A DNA stretch of 64,000 nt from Octopus bimaculoides (taxonomy: Eukaryota). The stretch lies in the NCBI RefSeq assembly GCF_001194135.2, contig NC_068997.1:48430460-48494459 (forward strand), in the 5' to 3' direction. Both the position numbers and the translations under genes were made by a program. How positions within the stretch are numbered: the stretch's first letter is position 1; every line of letters starts with the position of its first letter. This document shows positions 24,275-36,525 of the stretch, in pieces. The notes under the pieces are model-generated. The model saw nothing but the letters and a program-made list of their open reading frames with translations. It did no database searches and was not told the origin of the DNA.

Positions 24275-24530
24275 TCGTGAGTTCGATTCCTTGAGCAAAA
24301 CACTTTATTTCATGCTGCTTCATTCCACTCAACTGGCAGAAATGAGTTGTACATGTAATTCAAAGGGGCCAGCCTTGTCACATTCTAGGTCACGCTGAAT
24401 CTCCTTGAAAACCACGGTAACAGTACGCATGTCCGTGGAGACCTCAACCACTTGCACGATAATTTCACGAGCCGGCTGTTCCGTTGATCGGATCAACTGG
24501 AACACTCGTCGTCGCAACCGACGGAATGTC
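24275..24530 (+). mobile_element. SINE family C, 5'-deleted
   Basis: gtgagttcgattccttgagcaaaacactttatttc...ctcgtcgtcgcaaccgacggaatg. Confidence 0.85.
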
Positions 24531-25814
24531 AAACCAGCCAACCAACCAACCAGCCAGCCAACCAGCCAGTCAACCAGTCTGCCAGTCAACCAACCAGCCA
24601 GCCAGCCAGCCAGCCAGCTCGGTAACGGTTCTGCCAGCTCGAAAATAACGATGACGGCGGCGACGACGACGACAAGATGAAGATGGTTATTTCTTTTATT
24701 TATTTATTTGCCACGTGAACATTTGGTCNNNNNNNNNNNNNNNNNNNNNNNNNNNNNNNNNNNNNNNNNNNNNNNNNNNNNNNNNNNNNNNNNNNNNNNN
24801 NNNNNNNNNNNNNNNNNNNNNNNNNNNNNNNNNNNNNNNNNNNNNNNNNNNNNNNNNNNNNNNNNNNNNNNNNNNNNNNNNNNNNNNNNNNNNNNNNNNN
24901 NNNNNNNNNNNNNNNNNNNNNNNNNNNNNNNNNNNNNNNNNNNNNNNNNNNNNNNNNNNNNNNNNNNNNNNNNNNNNNNNNNNNNNNNNNNNNNNNNNNN
25001 NNNNNNNNNNNNNNNNNNNNNNNNNNNNNNNNNNNNNNNNNNNNNNNNNNNNNNNNNNNNNNNNNNNNNNNNNNNNNNNNNNNNNNNNNNNNNNNNNNNN
25101 NNNNNNNNNNNNNNNNNNNNNNNNNNNNNNNNNNNNNNNNNNNNNNNNNNNNNNNNNNNNNNNNNNNNNNNNNNNNNNNNNNNNNNNNNNNNNNNNNNNN
25201 NNNNNNNNNNNNNNNNNNNNNNNNNNNNNNNNNNNNNNNNNNNNNNNNNNNNNNNNNNNNNNNNNNNNNNNNNNNNNNNNNNNNNNNNNNNNNNNNNNNN
25301 NNNNNNNNNNNNNNNNNNNNNNNNNNNNNNNNNNNNNNNNNNNNNNNNNNNNNNNNNNNNNNNNNNNNNNNNNNNNNNNNNNNNNNNNNNNNNNNNNATA
25401 TATATATATATATGTATATATATATGTAAGTATGTGTATATCTACACACACACACACACGCACACATACATGCATAATACATACATACATTTATATACAT
25501 ACATACATACATACATACATACATACATACATCCGTACATATATTCACACACACACACACACACACACATATATAGTGCAACAATATGTAGACAAAAAGT
25601 GAAATAATTTTCGGAAATTCATTTTCCCTTGCTATATACTTGACAAAAAATGTTGGTAAATAGATAGATACATACATCTAGATATCTCTCTCTTTCCTTC
25701 TTTCTCTCTCTTTCTTTCTCCTCTCTCTCTCCCTCATATACGCACATGTATATATACATATATACATGTATGCATCTTTAGATGGACAGACAGATATGCA
25801 TATCTACGTCTCTG

Positions 25815-25879
<65 letters not shown>

Positions 25880-26044
25880 TGTTTTCATGTTTATAGCTAG
25901 GAGAAAATGAATTCGTGAACATTTTTTGCGCTCTAATTTTGCTAAGTTTGAATTCTTGTTCCGCCATTTTCGAAACGTTTCTCTTTTTTTTAAAAGATAT
26001 ATCTTCTCTTTAATGCAATCAAACCACGATTTACCATATATTTT

Positions 26045-26095
<51 letters not shown>

Positions 26096-27550
26096 ATGAA
26101 ATTCCACTTTCTATAACCCTTCTTGGCGTACTCTAAAGGCGCACTCAACACTCCTACTTTGCACTGTAACATCTCATTACAACACACCCACTCCATTCTT
26201 CCTCCGCAGCCTCTCAACGTTGCTCCGCTCCAGCTTATTAACTCTGGCGTATCTTAATATTTAATTTAGTTCGAAAGATTTAAGAAAACTGAGAGCAACA
26301 AGAACAAGAACAGGAAGAAAAAGAAGAAAGCAATTAGCAGAACACAACGATTACCCCATCATCATCATCATCATCCTCATCATCATAACGACCATGGTCG
26401 TCGATGTCGTCGACCTCGCCGTCATCCTCATTGCTATTGTTATAGTCATCATCATCATCATCATCATCATTCCTTCCTCCTCCTACTCCTCCTCCTCCTA
26501 GTCGTCATTGTTGTCATCCTTCTCCTTTTTCTATTCCTCCTCCTTCTCCTCCTCCTTCTCCTCCTCCTTCTCCTCCTCCTTCTCCTCCTCCTCCTCCTCC
26601 TCCTCNNNNNNNNNNNNNNNNNNNNNNNNNNNNNNNNNNNNNNNNNNNNNNNNNNNNNNNNNNNNNNNNNNNNNNNNNNNNNNNNNNNNNNNNNNNNNNN
26701 NNNNNNNNNNNNNNNNNNNNNNNNNNNNNNNNNNNNNNNNNNNNNNNNNNNNNNNNNNNNNNNNNNNNNNNNNNNNNNNNNNNNNNNNNNNNNNNNNNNN
26801 NNNNNNNNNNNNNNNNNNNNNNNNNNNNNNNNNNNNNNNNNNNNNNNNNNNNNNNNNNNNNNNNNNNNNNNNNNNNNNNNNNNNNNNNNNNNNNNNNNNN
26901 NNNNNNNNNNNNNNNNNNNNNNNNNNNNNNNNNNNNNNNNNNNNNNNNNNNNNNNNNNNNNNNNNNNNNNNNNNNNNNNNNNNNNNNNNNNNNNNNNNNN
27001 NNNNNNNNNNNNNNNNNNNNNNNNNNNNNNNNNNNNNNNNNNNNNNNNNNNNNNNNNNNNNNNNNNNNNNNNNNNNNNNNNNNNNNNNNNNNNNNNNNNN
27101 NNNNNNNNNNNNNNNNNNNNNNNNNNNNNNNNNNNNNNNNNNNNNNNNNNNNNNNNNNNNNNNNNNNNNNNNNNNNNNNNNNNNNNNNNNNNNNNNNNNN
27201 NNNNNNNNNNNNNNNNNNNNNNNNNNNNNNNNNNNNNNNNNNNNNNNNNNNNNNNNNNNNNNNNNNNNNNNNNNNNNNNNNNNNNNNNNNNNNNNNNNNN
27301 NNNNNNNNNNNNNNNNNNNNNNNNNNNNNNNNNNNNNNNNNNNNNNNNNNNNNNNNNNNNNNNNNNNNNNNNNNNNNNNNNNNNNNNNNNNNNNNNNNNN
27401 NNNNNNNNNNNNNNNNNNNNNNNNNNNNNNNNNNNNNNNNNNNNNNNNNNNNNNNNNNNNNNNNNNNNNNNNNNNNNNNNNNNNNNNNNNNNNNNNNNNN
27501 NNNNNNNNNNNNNNNNNNNNNNNNNNNNNNNNNNNNNNNNNNNNNNNNNN

Positions 27551-27638
27551 TAATAATAATAATAGTAACAGTAATGGTATCAAATAATAATAGTAACAGT
27601 AATGGCATCAAATAATAATAGTAACAGTAATGGCATCA

Positions 27639-27687
<49 letters not shown>

Positions 27688-27758
27688 TTAATAATAATAA
27701 TAAAAATAAAAATAAGAATAATAAAATAATAATAATAATAGTAACAGTAATGGCATCG

Positions 27759-27770
<12 letters not shown>
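27551..27770. repeat. 28-bp minisatellite (aataatagtaacagtaatggcatcaaat) within a (TAA)n array
   Basis: Three tandem units at about 27560-27643 and a fourth near 27735. Confidence 0.85.
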
Positions 27771-27790
<20 letters not shown>

Positions 27791-28476
27791 GGAATTCATC
27801 TAATGCTTCTACTCTGTGACATTTAACTCACAAAATAAAAATAAAAAACACAGAAAACAGGGGATACTCTAATGCTAGGAAACATCAACTTTCTTTTCTC
27901 TGATTTTTTTTTGTTTTTTGTTGTTTTTAACGACAACGCTATTTGTTTGATTTAAGTTACCATCTAACATTTCTGGAATATTCTTGAGAAAATTAACATT
28001 TGCTAAAATACCGAACACAAACTACTCACACAAACAAATTTCTAATACATTACCTGTTGCCGTGTTCTGGTTATTTTTATTTCAATAATTCCTTTTATGG
28101 TTTGCTTTCTTGAAATGCAAATAGTCTTCTCCGGTGATTGTAGAATGGTGGATGTTATTAATCGCAAAGTGAGAAGTTTTCAGGTAAAAATGTGTTAACG
28201 CTAATGTTTAAAGTTCTCCCTCTCTCTTTTTCTTATTCCTTCTCTTTCCCTCACCACTCTTTCTGTCTGTCTGTCTGTCTGTCTCTGTCTCTTTGTTTCT
28301 GTTTATTTATCTATATAGTTCTTCGTTTTTTTCTTTCTCTATGTCTATCTATCCGTTTGTCTCTCTCTCACGCGAGCAAACATTCAGGTGAAATAATTAG
28401 TCCAACATTCAGTGAATTCGAAATAAGCTGTAGCCATAATAAGTAAAAAGACAAACCTTCACACACATGTAAATGC

Positions 28477-28510
<34 letters not shown>

Positions 28511-28670
28511 NNNNNNNNNNNNNNNNNNNNNNNNNNNNNNNNNNNNNNNNNNNNNNNNNNNNNNNNNNNNNNNNNNNNNNNNNNNNNNNNNNNNNNNNNN
28601 NNNNNNNNNNNNNNNNNNNNNNNNNNNNNNNNNNNNNNNNNNNNNNNNNNNNNNNNNNNNNNNNNNNNNN

Positions 28671-28713
<43 letters not shown>

Positions 28714-29027
28714 TATACATTTATGTAATTTATGCACGCATACACAAAATATATAATAGAATATCAACTGTAAGAACACACATATACAACTATACGTACA
28801 TGGATAAGCACACATACATGGATGTATTTGTGAATATATATATGTATATATATATATATATATATTTACATATGTATACATATAATTATATGTATGTATA
28901 AAAGCATACAAAAATATGTGCAGGCATACATGGGCGCATATACATGTATGTGCAAATATATAGACAGTTCCAGATAAGCTTAATTAGGTACGTATTACCA
29001 ACGCATCACATTACATGCAAGCAATAT

Positions 29028-29256
29028 TTCGACGGATATTTGTCCTCATCTTGTTTGTTGTTAACACAACGTTTCGGCTGATGTACTCTCCAGTCTTCAT
29101 CAGGTGCCTTAGGGGAATATCGAACCTGGGTATTTTTCCGATGATATTATTATTATTATTATTGTTATTATAATTCAGCTCACTACCTGGAATCGAACTC
29201 GGAATCTTGGGGTTAGTAGCCTGCGCTCTTAAGCACTACGCCATATGTCCGTGGGC
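29028..29256 (-). mobile_element. tRNA-headed SINE-like element carrying a hammerhead ribozyme in its 3' half
   Basis: Minus: gcccacggacata-TGGCGTAGTGCTTAA (A box, 29229-29243)...GAGTTCGATTCC (B box, 29189-29200), an (AAT)n linker, then a body containing the HHR and ending gaggacaaatatccgtcgaa. Confidence 0.75.
29063..29108 (-). ncRNA. Minimal type-I hammerhead ribozyme (canonical core)
   Basis: 5'-GGCAC CUGAUGA A GACUG gagaguacau CAGCC GAAA CG UU GUGUU-3'; one mismatch in stem II; cleavage triplet GUU. Confidence 0.75.
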
Positions 29257-29376
29257 GATTATGGATTGAATTTTAGGGCTTATAAATCTAATATTTTCCT
29301 ATCCTTTCTTAATACCGGTTCCCATATGCTGCTCATATCTGCGCTCGGTCTGCTTAGGAGGTTATTATGTCGTAGC

Positions 29377-29407
<31 letters not shown>

Positions 29408-29495
29408 TGTATGCATGCATGCATGTATGTATGTAAGTATGTATGTATTCTTGAGCAAAGCACTTCACGTTGCTCCGCGATCATTTTGTCATTTG

Positions 29496-29526
<31 letters not shown>

Positions 29527-29698
29527 CACACATATATGTAGGCATAAAGAATGGGTTTTACATATTTCTTTATTGCTTTATTTCTGCATCTTAGACTTAC
29601 AGCTGTTTCTGTTATTCATTCTAGGTGTGTACATAGTTCCGTAGATAATCGCTTATTAATAACTCTTTATATNNNNNNNNNNNNNNNNNNNNNNNNNN

Positions 29699-29729
<31 letters not shown>

Positions 29730-29734
29730 GTGTG

Positions 29735-29787
<53 letters not shown>

Positions 29788-30514
29788 GTATGTATATGTA
29801 TATATATATGTATATGTATATATATATATGTATATATATGTATATATATATATATATGTATGTGTGTATATATACATTTTAAGATCCACAAAGAGCAGAA
29901 CTTATCTGCAGCTCTTGGTGCTCCAAATCGGAGGTGCAATCTATGTGGGCGTCTTTCCAGAACATTGTCTGGTTTAAAAAGCAACATCAGATGCCTTGAT
30001 GGTGCTAGGGCGTAGCTTAACGTTTCAGTAAAATAGAACCATAAAACAAATACGAGACTTTCAAAGATAGTATTGAGGTCGACTTGTCCAAATAAACCCT
30101 ACATAACGGTAGCCGAGCAGGGCCGCCATTCAATGACCGAAGCAAGAAAATGATAGTGTATAACCGATATAACTGTCGATATACCACAGTCATAATAACA
30201 TATTTTTTATATCTGCCCATAAAAAAAAAAACCGATATATAATGCACTTGCATATAATGTTTCATGTAGCTTTACATATATGCAGAAGCACATAAAAGAT
30301 GCACATGCATAATAATGCACAATTATTGCATATGTACATAATGCATCTGTATTGAACTGTTCATACATGAGAGTAAGATATTACATAGAGTTTACGTAAC
30401 TGCACTTAACGAAAACCAATATTTGATGCAACTGTACACAATAGTTTCATAGATTTATTCATACTGTGGTTGCACATAGCAGCCACAATATAAATAAATA
30501 AATAAATATTTATA

Positions 30515-31068
30515 GACGCAGGAGTGGCTCTGTGGTAAGTAGCTTGCCTACCAACCACATGGTTCCGGGTTCAGTCCCACTGCGTGGCACCTTGGGCAAG
30601 TGTCTTCTACTATAGCCTCGGGCCGATCAAAGCCTTGTGAGTAGCTTTGGTACACGGAAACCGAAGGAAGCTAGTTCTATATATATATATATGTATGTAT
30701 GTATATATATATGCGCGTGTGTGTGTGTGTGTGTGTGTGTACGTACAAATACACTGATATGTATATATANNNNNNNNNNNNNNNNNNNNNNNNNNNNNNN
30801 NNNNNNNNNNNNNNNNNNNNNNNNNNNNNNNNNNNNNNNNNNNNNNNNNNNNNNNNNNNNNNNNNNNNNNNNNNNNNNNNNNNNNNNNNNNNNNNNNNNN
30901 NNNNNNNNNNNNNNNNNNNNNNNNNNNNNNNNNNNNNNNNNNNNNNNNNNNNNNNNNNNNNNNNNNNNNNNNNNNNNNNNNNNNNNNNNNNNNNNNNNNN
31001 NNNNNNNNNNNNNNNNNNNNNNNNNNNNNNNNNNNNNNNNNNNNNNNNNNNNNNNNNNNNNNNNNNNN

Positions 31069-31099
<31 letters not shown>

Positions 31100-31340
31100 A
31101 GCACACATACACATACACATACACACATATACACATAGACATACACATATATATGCGTGTTCGTTTGTGTGTCTTTGCGTTTATGCTTTCCCCCCACCCA
31201 CAACTACCGCTTGACAACCAGCGCTGTTGCATTTACATCCCTGTAACTTAGCGGTTCTGCAAAATAGTCCGACACTAAAAGTACCAGGCTTAAAGTAAAA
31301 ATGTAATGGAATCGATTTTTTTCGACTAAAATTCTTCAAA
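30515..31340 (+). mobile_element. SINE family B with expanded internal microsatellite spanning an N-gap
   Basis: Head gacgcaggagtggctctgtggtaagtagcttgcctaccaaccacatggttccgggttcagtccc (30515-30680), TA/TG repeats and gap, tail 31165-31340. Confidence 0.85.
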
Positions 31341-31421
31341 ACAAAATTTAAAACATATATCTATTTTTGTCGCGCATATCTATGTCGCGCATAGCAACTG
31401 CAATATATATATATAAATACA

Positions 31422-31604
31422 GGTGCAGGAGTGACTCTGTGGTAAGTAGCTTGCTTACCAACCACATGGTTCCGGGTTCAGTCCTATTGCATGGCATCTT
31501 GAGCAAGTGTCTTCTATAGCCTCGGGCCTATTAAAGCCTTGTGAGTGGATTTGGTAGACAGAAACTGAAAGAAGCCTGTCGTATATATATATATATATAT
31601 ATAT
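31422..31604 (+). mobile_element. SINE family B head running into (TA)n and a gap
   Basis: ggtgcaggagtgactctgtggtaagtagcttgcttaccaaccacatggttccgggttcagtcc...gaagcctgtcgtatata. Confidence 0.85.
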
Positions 31605-32068
31605 NNNNNNNNNNNNNNNNNNNNNNNNNNNNNNNNNNNNNNNNNNNNNNNNNNNNNNNNNNNNNNNNNNNNNNNNNNNNNNNNNNNNNNNNNNNNNNNN
31701 NNNNNNNNNNNNNNNNNNNNNNNNNNNNNNNNNNNNNNNNNNNNNNNNNNNNNNNNNNNNNNNNNNNNNNNNNNNNNNNNNNNNNNNNNNNNNNNNNNNN
31801 NNNNNNNNNNNNNNNNNNNNNNNNNNNNNNNNNNNNNNNNNNNNNNNNNNNNNNNNNNNNNNNNNNNNNNNNNNNNNNNNNNNNNNNNNNNNNNNNNNNN
31901 NNNNNNNNNNNNNNNNNNNNNNNNNNNNNNNNNNNNNNNNNNNNNNNNNNNNNNNNNNNNNNNNNNNNNNNNNNNNNNNNNNNNNNNNNACAAATAAAAG
32001 GATAAAAGAATAAACAATTGCAAAATTGCGTGTATATAAGAGTTAAATAGATATGTGTAGCACAGGGT

Positions 32069-32290
32069 AAGGAGGCGAGCTGGGAGAAGCGTCAGCACGC
32101 CGGGCGAGATGCTTAGCGGTATTTCGTCTGTCTTTACGTTCTGAGTCCAAATTCCGCCCAGGTGGACTCTGCCTTTCATCCTTTCGGGGTCGTTAAATTA
32201 AGTACCAGTTGCGTACTGCGATCGATCTAATCGACTGGCCCCCTCCTCCAAAATTTCGGGCCTTGTGCCTGAAGTGGAAAAGAATATTTA
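32069..32290 (+). mobile_element. SINE family A
   Basis: aaggaggcgagctgggagaagcgtcagcacgccgggcgagatgcttagcggtatttcgtctg...gcctgaagtggaaaagaatatt. Confidence 0.9.
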
Positions 32291-32866
32291 TAGCACATGT
32301 GCACAAATCTGTATGCATCAGAGCCGCATACAACATAGATTTTATGTACGAAATTTGCATGTCAGACCAACATATAATGCAATTGCACTCAGTGCAGTTT
32401 AATATATCTATATATATAACAGTTGCACATAACACCTTCACATGCACATGCATAAAACTGCATTGCAACCTATTTATAATTCATATGCACAGGCCTACTT
32501 GCATTAGCGCTACCTATACTACAAATTTGCACAATTGCATCGTATAAAGAAAAAAAGCCGACATTTAATACAGCTGCAACAGAATACAGTTTCACACATT
32601 TCTACACATTGCAGTAGCACGTAACAGCTGCAGCTGCGCATGCATAATGCATCTACGCAACTGCACATACGGGACTGTACATTACGGAATTACACACCAC
32701 GAAGTTGTTGCTTGCGCAACCGCTCAGGTATTTACGCTGATACAACCGTTCATATAACATAGAGAAGCTTGTATTAAATATCAGAGAGAGAGAGAGANNN
32801 NNNNNNNNNNNNNNNNNNNNNNNNNNNNNNNNNNNNNNNNNNNNNNNNNNNNNNNNNNNNNNNNNN

Positions 32867-32902
<36 letters not shown>

Positions 32903-33131
32903 CAAGATAGAGTGAGAGAGGAACAAAGAGGAAGAGTGTGTCGGATAGAAGGGTTAGTTAGGTAGATAGATAGATAGCTATAAAGATAGATGTGTAGATA
33001 GATAAACAGATAGGTAGATAGATAAATAGATAAATAAGTATATAGATGGGTAGATAGATAGGTAGGTAGATAGGTAGGTAGATAGATAGGCAGATAGATA
33101 GGTAGAGAGAAAGAAAGATAAATAGATAGAC

Positions 33132-33165
<34 letters not shown>

Positions 33166-33394
33166 GTAGATAGATAGATAGATAGATAGATAGGTAGAGA
33201 GATAGAGAGTGGGGGTAAGATTGATAGATAGACAGATTGAGAGAAAGAGAATGAGTTGTTGTGGGAGGTAAATGTTAAAATAATCGATAAGACAGAATCT
33301 GCTGCACTAAAGAAACTCAGTTAATTATTTTCCAGAAATCGAAAATATATTCTTCCGATCTTCTATTATAGTATTATTCTTATATTCTTTTATT

Positions 33395-33590
33395 CTTGTA
33401 TACCCGTTTTCAGTCATTGGGCTACGGCCATGCTGGGGCAGTGCCTTGGAGAGGGAATTTGCTTTCCTTATTCGATCAAATCAACCTCCGCACTTATTCT
33501 ATTGCTCGTTCTAATTTCTTTTGCCGAACTGCCAAGTTATGCGGACGTAAATGAACCCTTACCGGTTGTCAAGTGATGAGAAGCAAATAC
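33395..33590 (-). mobile_element. SINE family B 3' half adjoining (TA)n and a gap
   Basis: ttttcagtcattgggctacggccatgctggggcagtgccttg...accggttgtcaagtgatgag. Confidence 0.75.
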
Positions 33591-34724
33591 ATTTGGCGCG
33601 CGCATACATACATGTACAAATGTTTATTTGTATATATATATATATNNNNNNNNNNNNNNNNNNNNNNNNNNNNNNNNNNNNNNNNNNNNNNNNNNNNNNN
33701 NNNNNNNNNNNNNNNNNNNNNNNNNNNNNNNNNNNNNNNNNNNNNNNNNNNNNNNNNNNNNNNNNNNNNNNNNNNNNNNNNNNNNNNNNNNNNNNNNNNN
33801 NNNNNNNNNNNNNNNNNNNNNNNNNNNNNNNNNNNNNNNNNNNNNNNNNNNNNNNNNNNNNNNNNNNNNNNNNNNNNNNNNNNNNNNNNNNNNNNNNNNN
33901 NNNNNNNNNNNNNNNNNNNNNNNNNNNNNNNNNNNNNNNNNNNNNNNNNNNNNNNNNNNNNNNNNNNNNNNNNNNNNNNNNNNNNNNNNNNNNNNNNNNN
34001 NNNNNNNNNNNNNNNNNNNNNNNNNNNNNNNNNNNNNNNNNNNNNNNNNNNNNNNNNNNNNNNNNNNNNNNNNNNNNNNNNNNNNNNNNNNNNNNNNNNN
34101 NNNNNNNNNNNNNNNNNNNNNNNNNNNNNNNNNNNNNNNNNNNNNNNNNNNNNNNNNNNNNNNNNNNNNNNNNNNNNNNNNNNNNNNNNNNNNNNNNNNN
34201 NNNNNNNNNNNNNNNNNNNNNNNNNNNNNNNNNNNNNNNNNNNNNNNNNNNNNNNNNNNNNNNNNNNNNNNNNNNNNNNNNNNNNNNNNNNNNNNNNNNN
34301 NNNNNNNNNNNNNNNNNNNNNNNNNNNNNNNNNNNNNNNNNNNNNNNNNNNNNNNNNNNNNNNNNNNNNNNNNNNNNNNNNNNNNNNNNNNNNNNNNNNN
34401 NNNNNNNNNNNNNNNNNNNNNNNNNNNNNNNNNNNNNNNNNNNNNNNNNNNNNNNNNNNNNTATATATATGTATATATATAAATATACACACGCTTATAA
34501 CACCTTTTCCTTCCCTTCAATTTTCTTTGTCGTTTGTACACTGTGTAAATTGGATTTATTAATATAAATACCTATATATTTATACCTAAATATCCATCCT
34601 CTGAAAGCCTCCCGTTTTGCATGTATACATATACACATATTTTGTCTTTCGTACTCAAACTGTTATATTTAATATATCTAATATGGTTATCCGCATAATT
34701 GTCTCCACATCTGCTCAACTTGAT

Positions 34725-34881
34725 ACTTCTTACATTATTTACATTATTTACATTCGACGGATATTTGTCCTCATTTTGTTTGTTGTTAACACTACGTTTC
34801 GGCTGATATGCCCTCCAGCCTTCATCAGGTGTCTTGGGGGAAATTTCGAACCTGGGTTCTCATTCCTAAGGTATTTTTCGA

Positions 34882-34885
<4 letters not shown>
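34725..34885 (-). mobile_element. Second copy of the hammerhead-bearing body; no head here; (AATGTAAAT)n tail
   Basis: Aligns to 29028-29140; minus strand ends ccgtcgaatgtaaataatgtaaataatgtaa; the 5' side abuts (AAT)n. Confidence 0.8.
34788..34833 (-). ncRNA. Intact minimal type-I hammerhead ribozyme
   Basis: 5'-GACAC CUGAUGA A GGCUG gagggcauau CAGCC GAAA CG UA GUGUU-3': full core, perfect 5-bp stem II, 5-bp stem I, palindromic ACGU stem III, GUA cleavage triplet. Confidence 0.85.
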
Positions 34886-34942
<57 letters not shown>

Positions 34943-36217
34943 GGGATCAAACTCATTTATGCTGCCGTTGTCTTCGATGCTGTTGCTTAGCCCCAGGTCA
35001 GCCCCGATTAAGAGACCCTTGATGAAAGCTGTTCAAGTCTTGACCGTCCTATTTTTTAAATGACAGAGTGTAATTTGAGGGAATTTGGTTGCTATTTCTA
35101 GCAGATTGATGGTGTAGTGGTCTTTTCGTTGTCTCCTCCAATGTGAACAAACATGTTATAAATATAAACGTCAAGAATATCAAATATCGAACATGGTATA
35201 AATAGAGCCGATATCATTAGTTTAACATAGCAGCAATGAAGGCTATAAATTTATAACGATGACAACAACAACAACAACATCAACAACAATGACGATAATA
35301 TGAATTATAAAAAAAAGAATAAAAGGTAGCAAACACTCTGTGACATTTAAGCAATATGATATGTAAACGACGATAACAAATATACATGAACACACATACA
35401 TACATAGACATGCGCAGATGTATATATATATATATATATGCANNNNNNNNNNNNNNNNNNNNNNNNNNNNNNNNNNNNNNNNNNNNNNNNNNNNNNNNNN
35501 NNNNNNNNNNNNNNNNNNNNNNNNNNNNNNNNNNNNNNNNNNNNNNNNNNNNNNNNNNNNNNNNNNNNNNNNNNNNNNNNNNNNNNNNNNNNNNNNNNNN
35601 NNNNNNNNNNNNNNNNNNNNNNNNNNNNNNNNNNNNNNNNNNNNNNNNNNNNNNNNNNNNNNNNNNNNNNNNNNNNNNNNNNNNNNNNNNNNNNNNNNNN
35701 NNNNNNNNNNNNNNNNNNNNNNNNNNNNNNNNNNNNNNNNNNNNNNNNNNNNNNNNNNNNNNNNNNNNNNNNNNNNNNNNNNNNNNNNNNNNNNNNNNNN
35801 NNNNNNNNNNNNNNNNNNNNNNNNNNNNNNNNNNNNNNNNNNNNNNNNNNNNNNNNNNNNNNNNNNNNNNNNNNNNNNNNNNNNNNNNNNNNNNNNNNNN
35901 NNNNNNNNNNNNNNNNNNNNNNNNNNNNNNNNNNNNNNNNNNNNNNNNNNNNNNNNNNNNNNNNNNNNNNNNNNNNNNNNNNNNNNNNNNNNNNNNNNNN
36001 NNNNNNNNNNNNNNNNNNNNNNNNNNNNNNNNNNNNNNNNNNNNNNNNNNNNNNNNNNNNNNNNNNNNNNNNNNNNNNNNNNNNNNNNNNNNNNNNNNNN
36101 NNNNNNNNNNNNNNNNNNNNNNNNNNNNNNNNNNNNNNNNNNNNNNNNNNNNNNNNNNCACCACCACCATCACTACCTCAACTACAACCGTCCCCACCAT
36201 CATCGTCACTATCGTCG

Positions 36218-36257
<40 letters not shown>

Positions 36258-36329
36258 CATCATCAACCCTTGGATATTATTGTCTCGAATCTTAGGACAC
36301 ATAAAGATTGTTGATCGATTCCTAACACT

Positions 36330-36525
36330 GGCCCTGACTGGGACGCTTGTCCTCTGCAGGGCTACTCATTTACGTCCGAGCGAACTGGACCAGCATGAAA
36401 GGAAACGATGAAGTGTTTTGCTGAAGAACACAACGCACTGTTCGGTCCGGTCCGGTCCGGTCTGGGAATCGAACCAACGATCTTTTGACCATGAGTGCAA
36501 CACCTAAACTACAAGACCACACGTC
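36330..36525 (-). mobile_element. tRNA-derived SINE (family C-like head) with internal (GGTCC)n
   Basis: gaagtgttttgctgaagaacacaacgc...gggaatcgaacc...gagtgcaacacctaaactacaagaccac. Confidence 0.65.
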
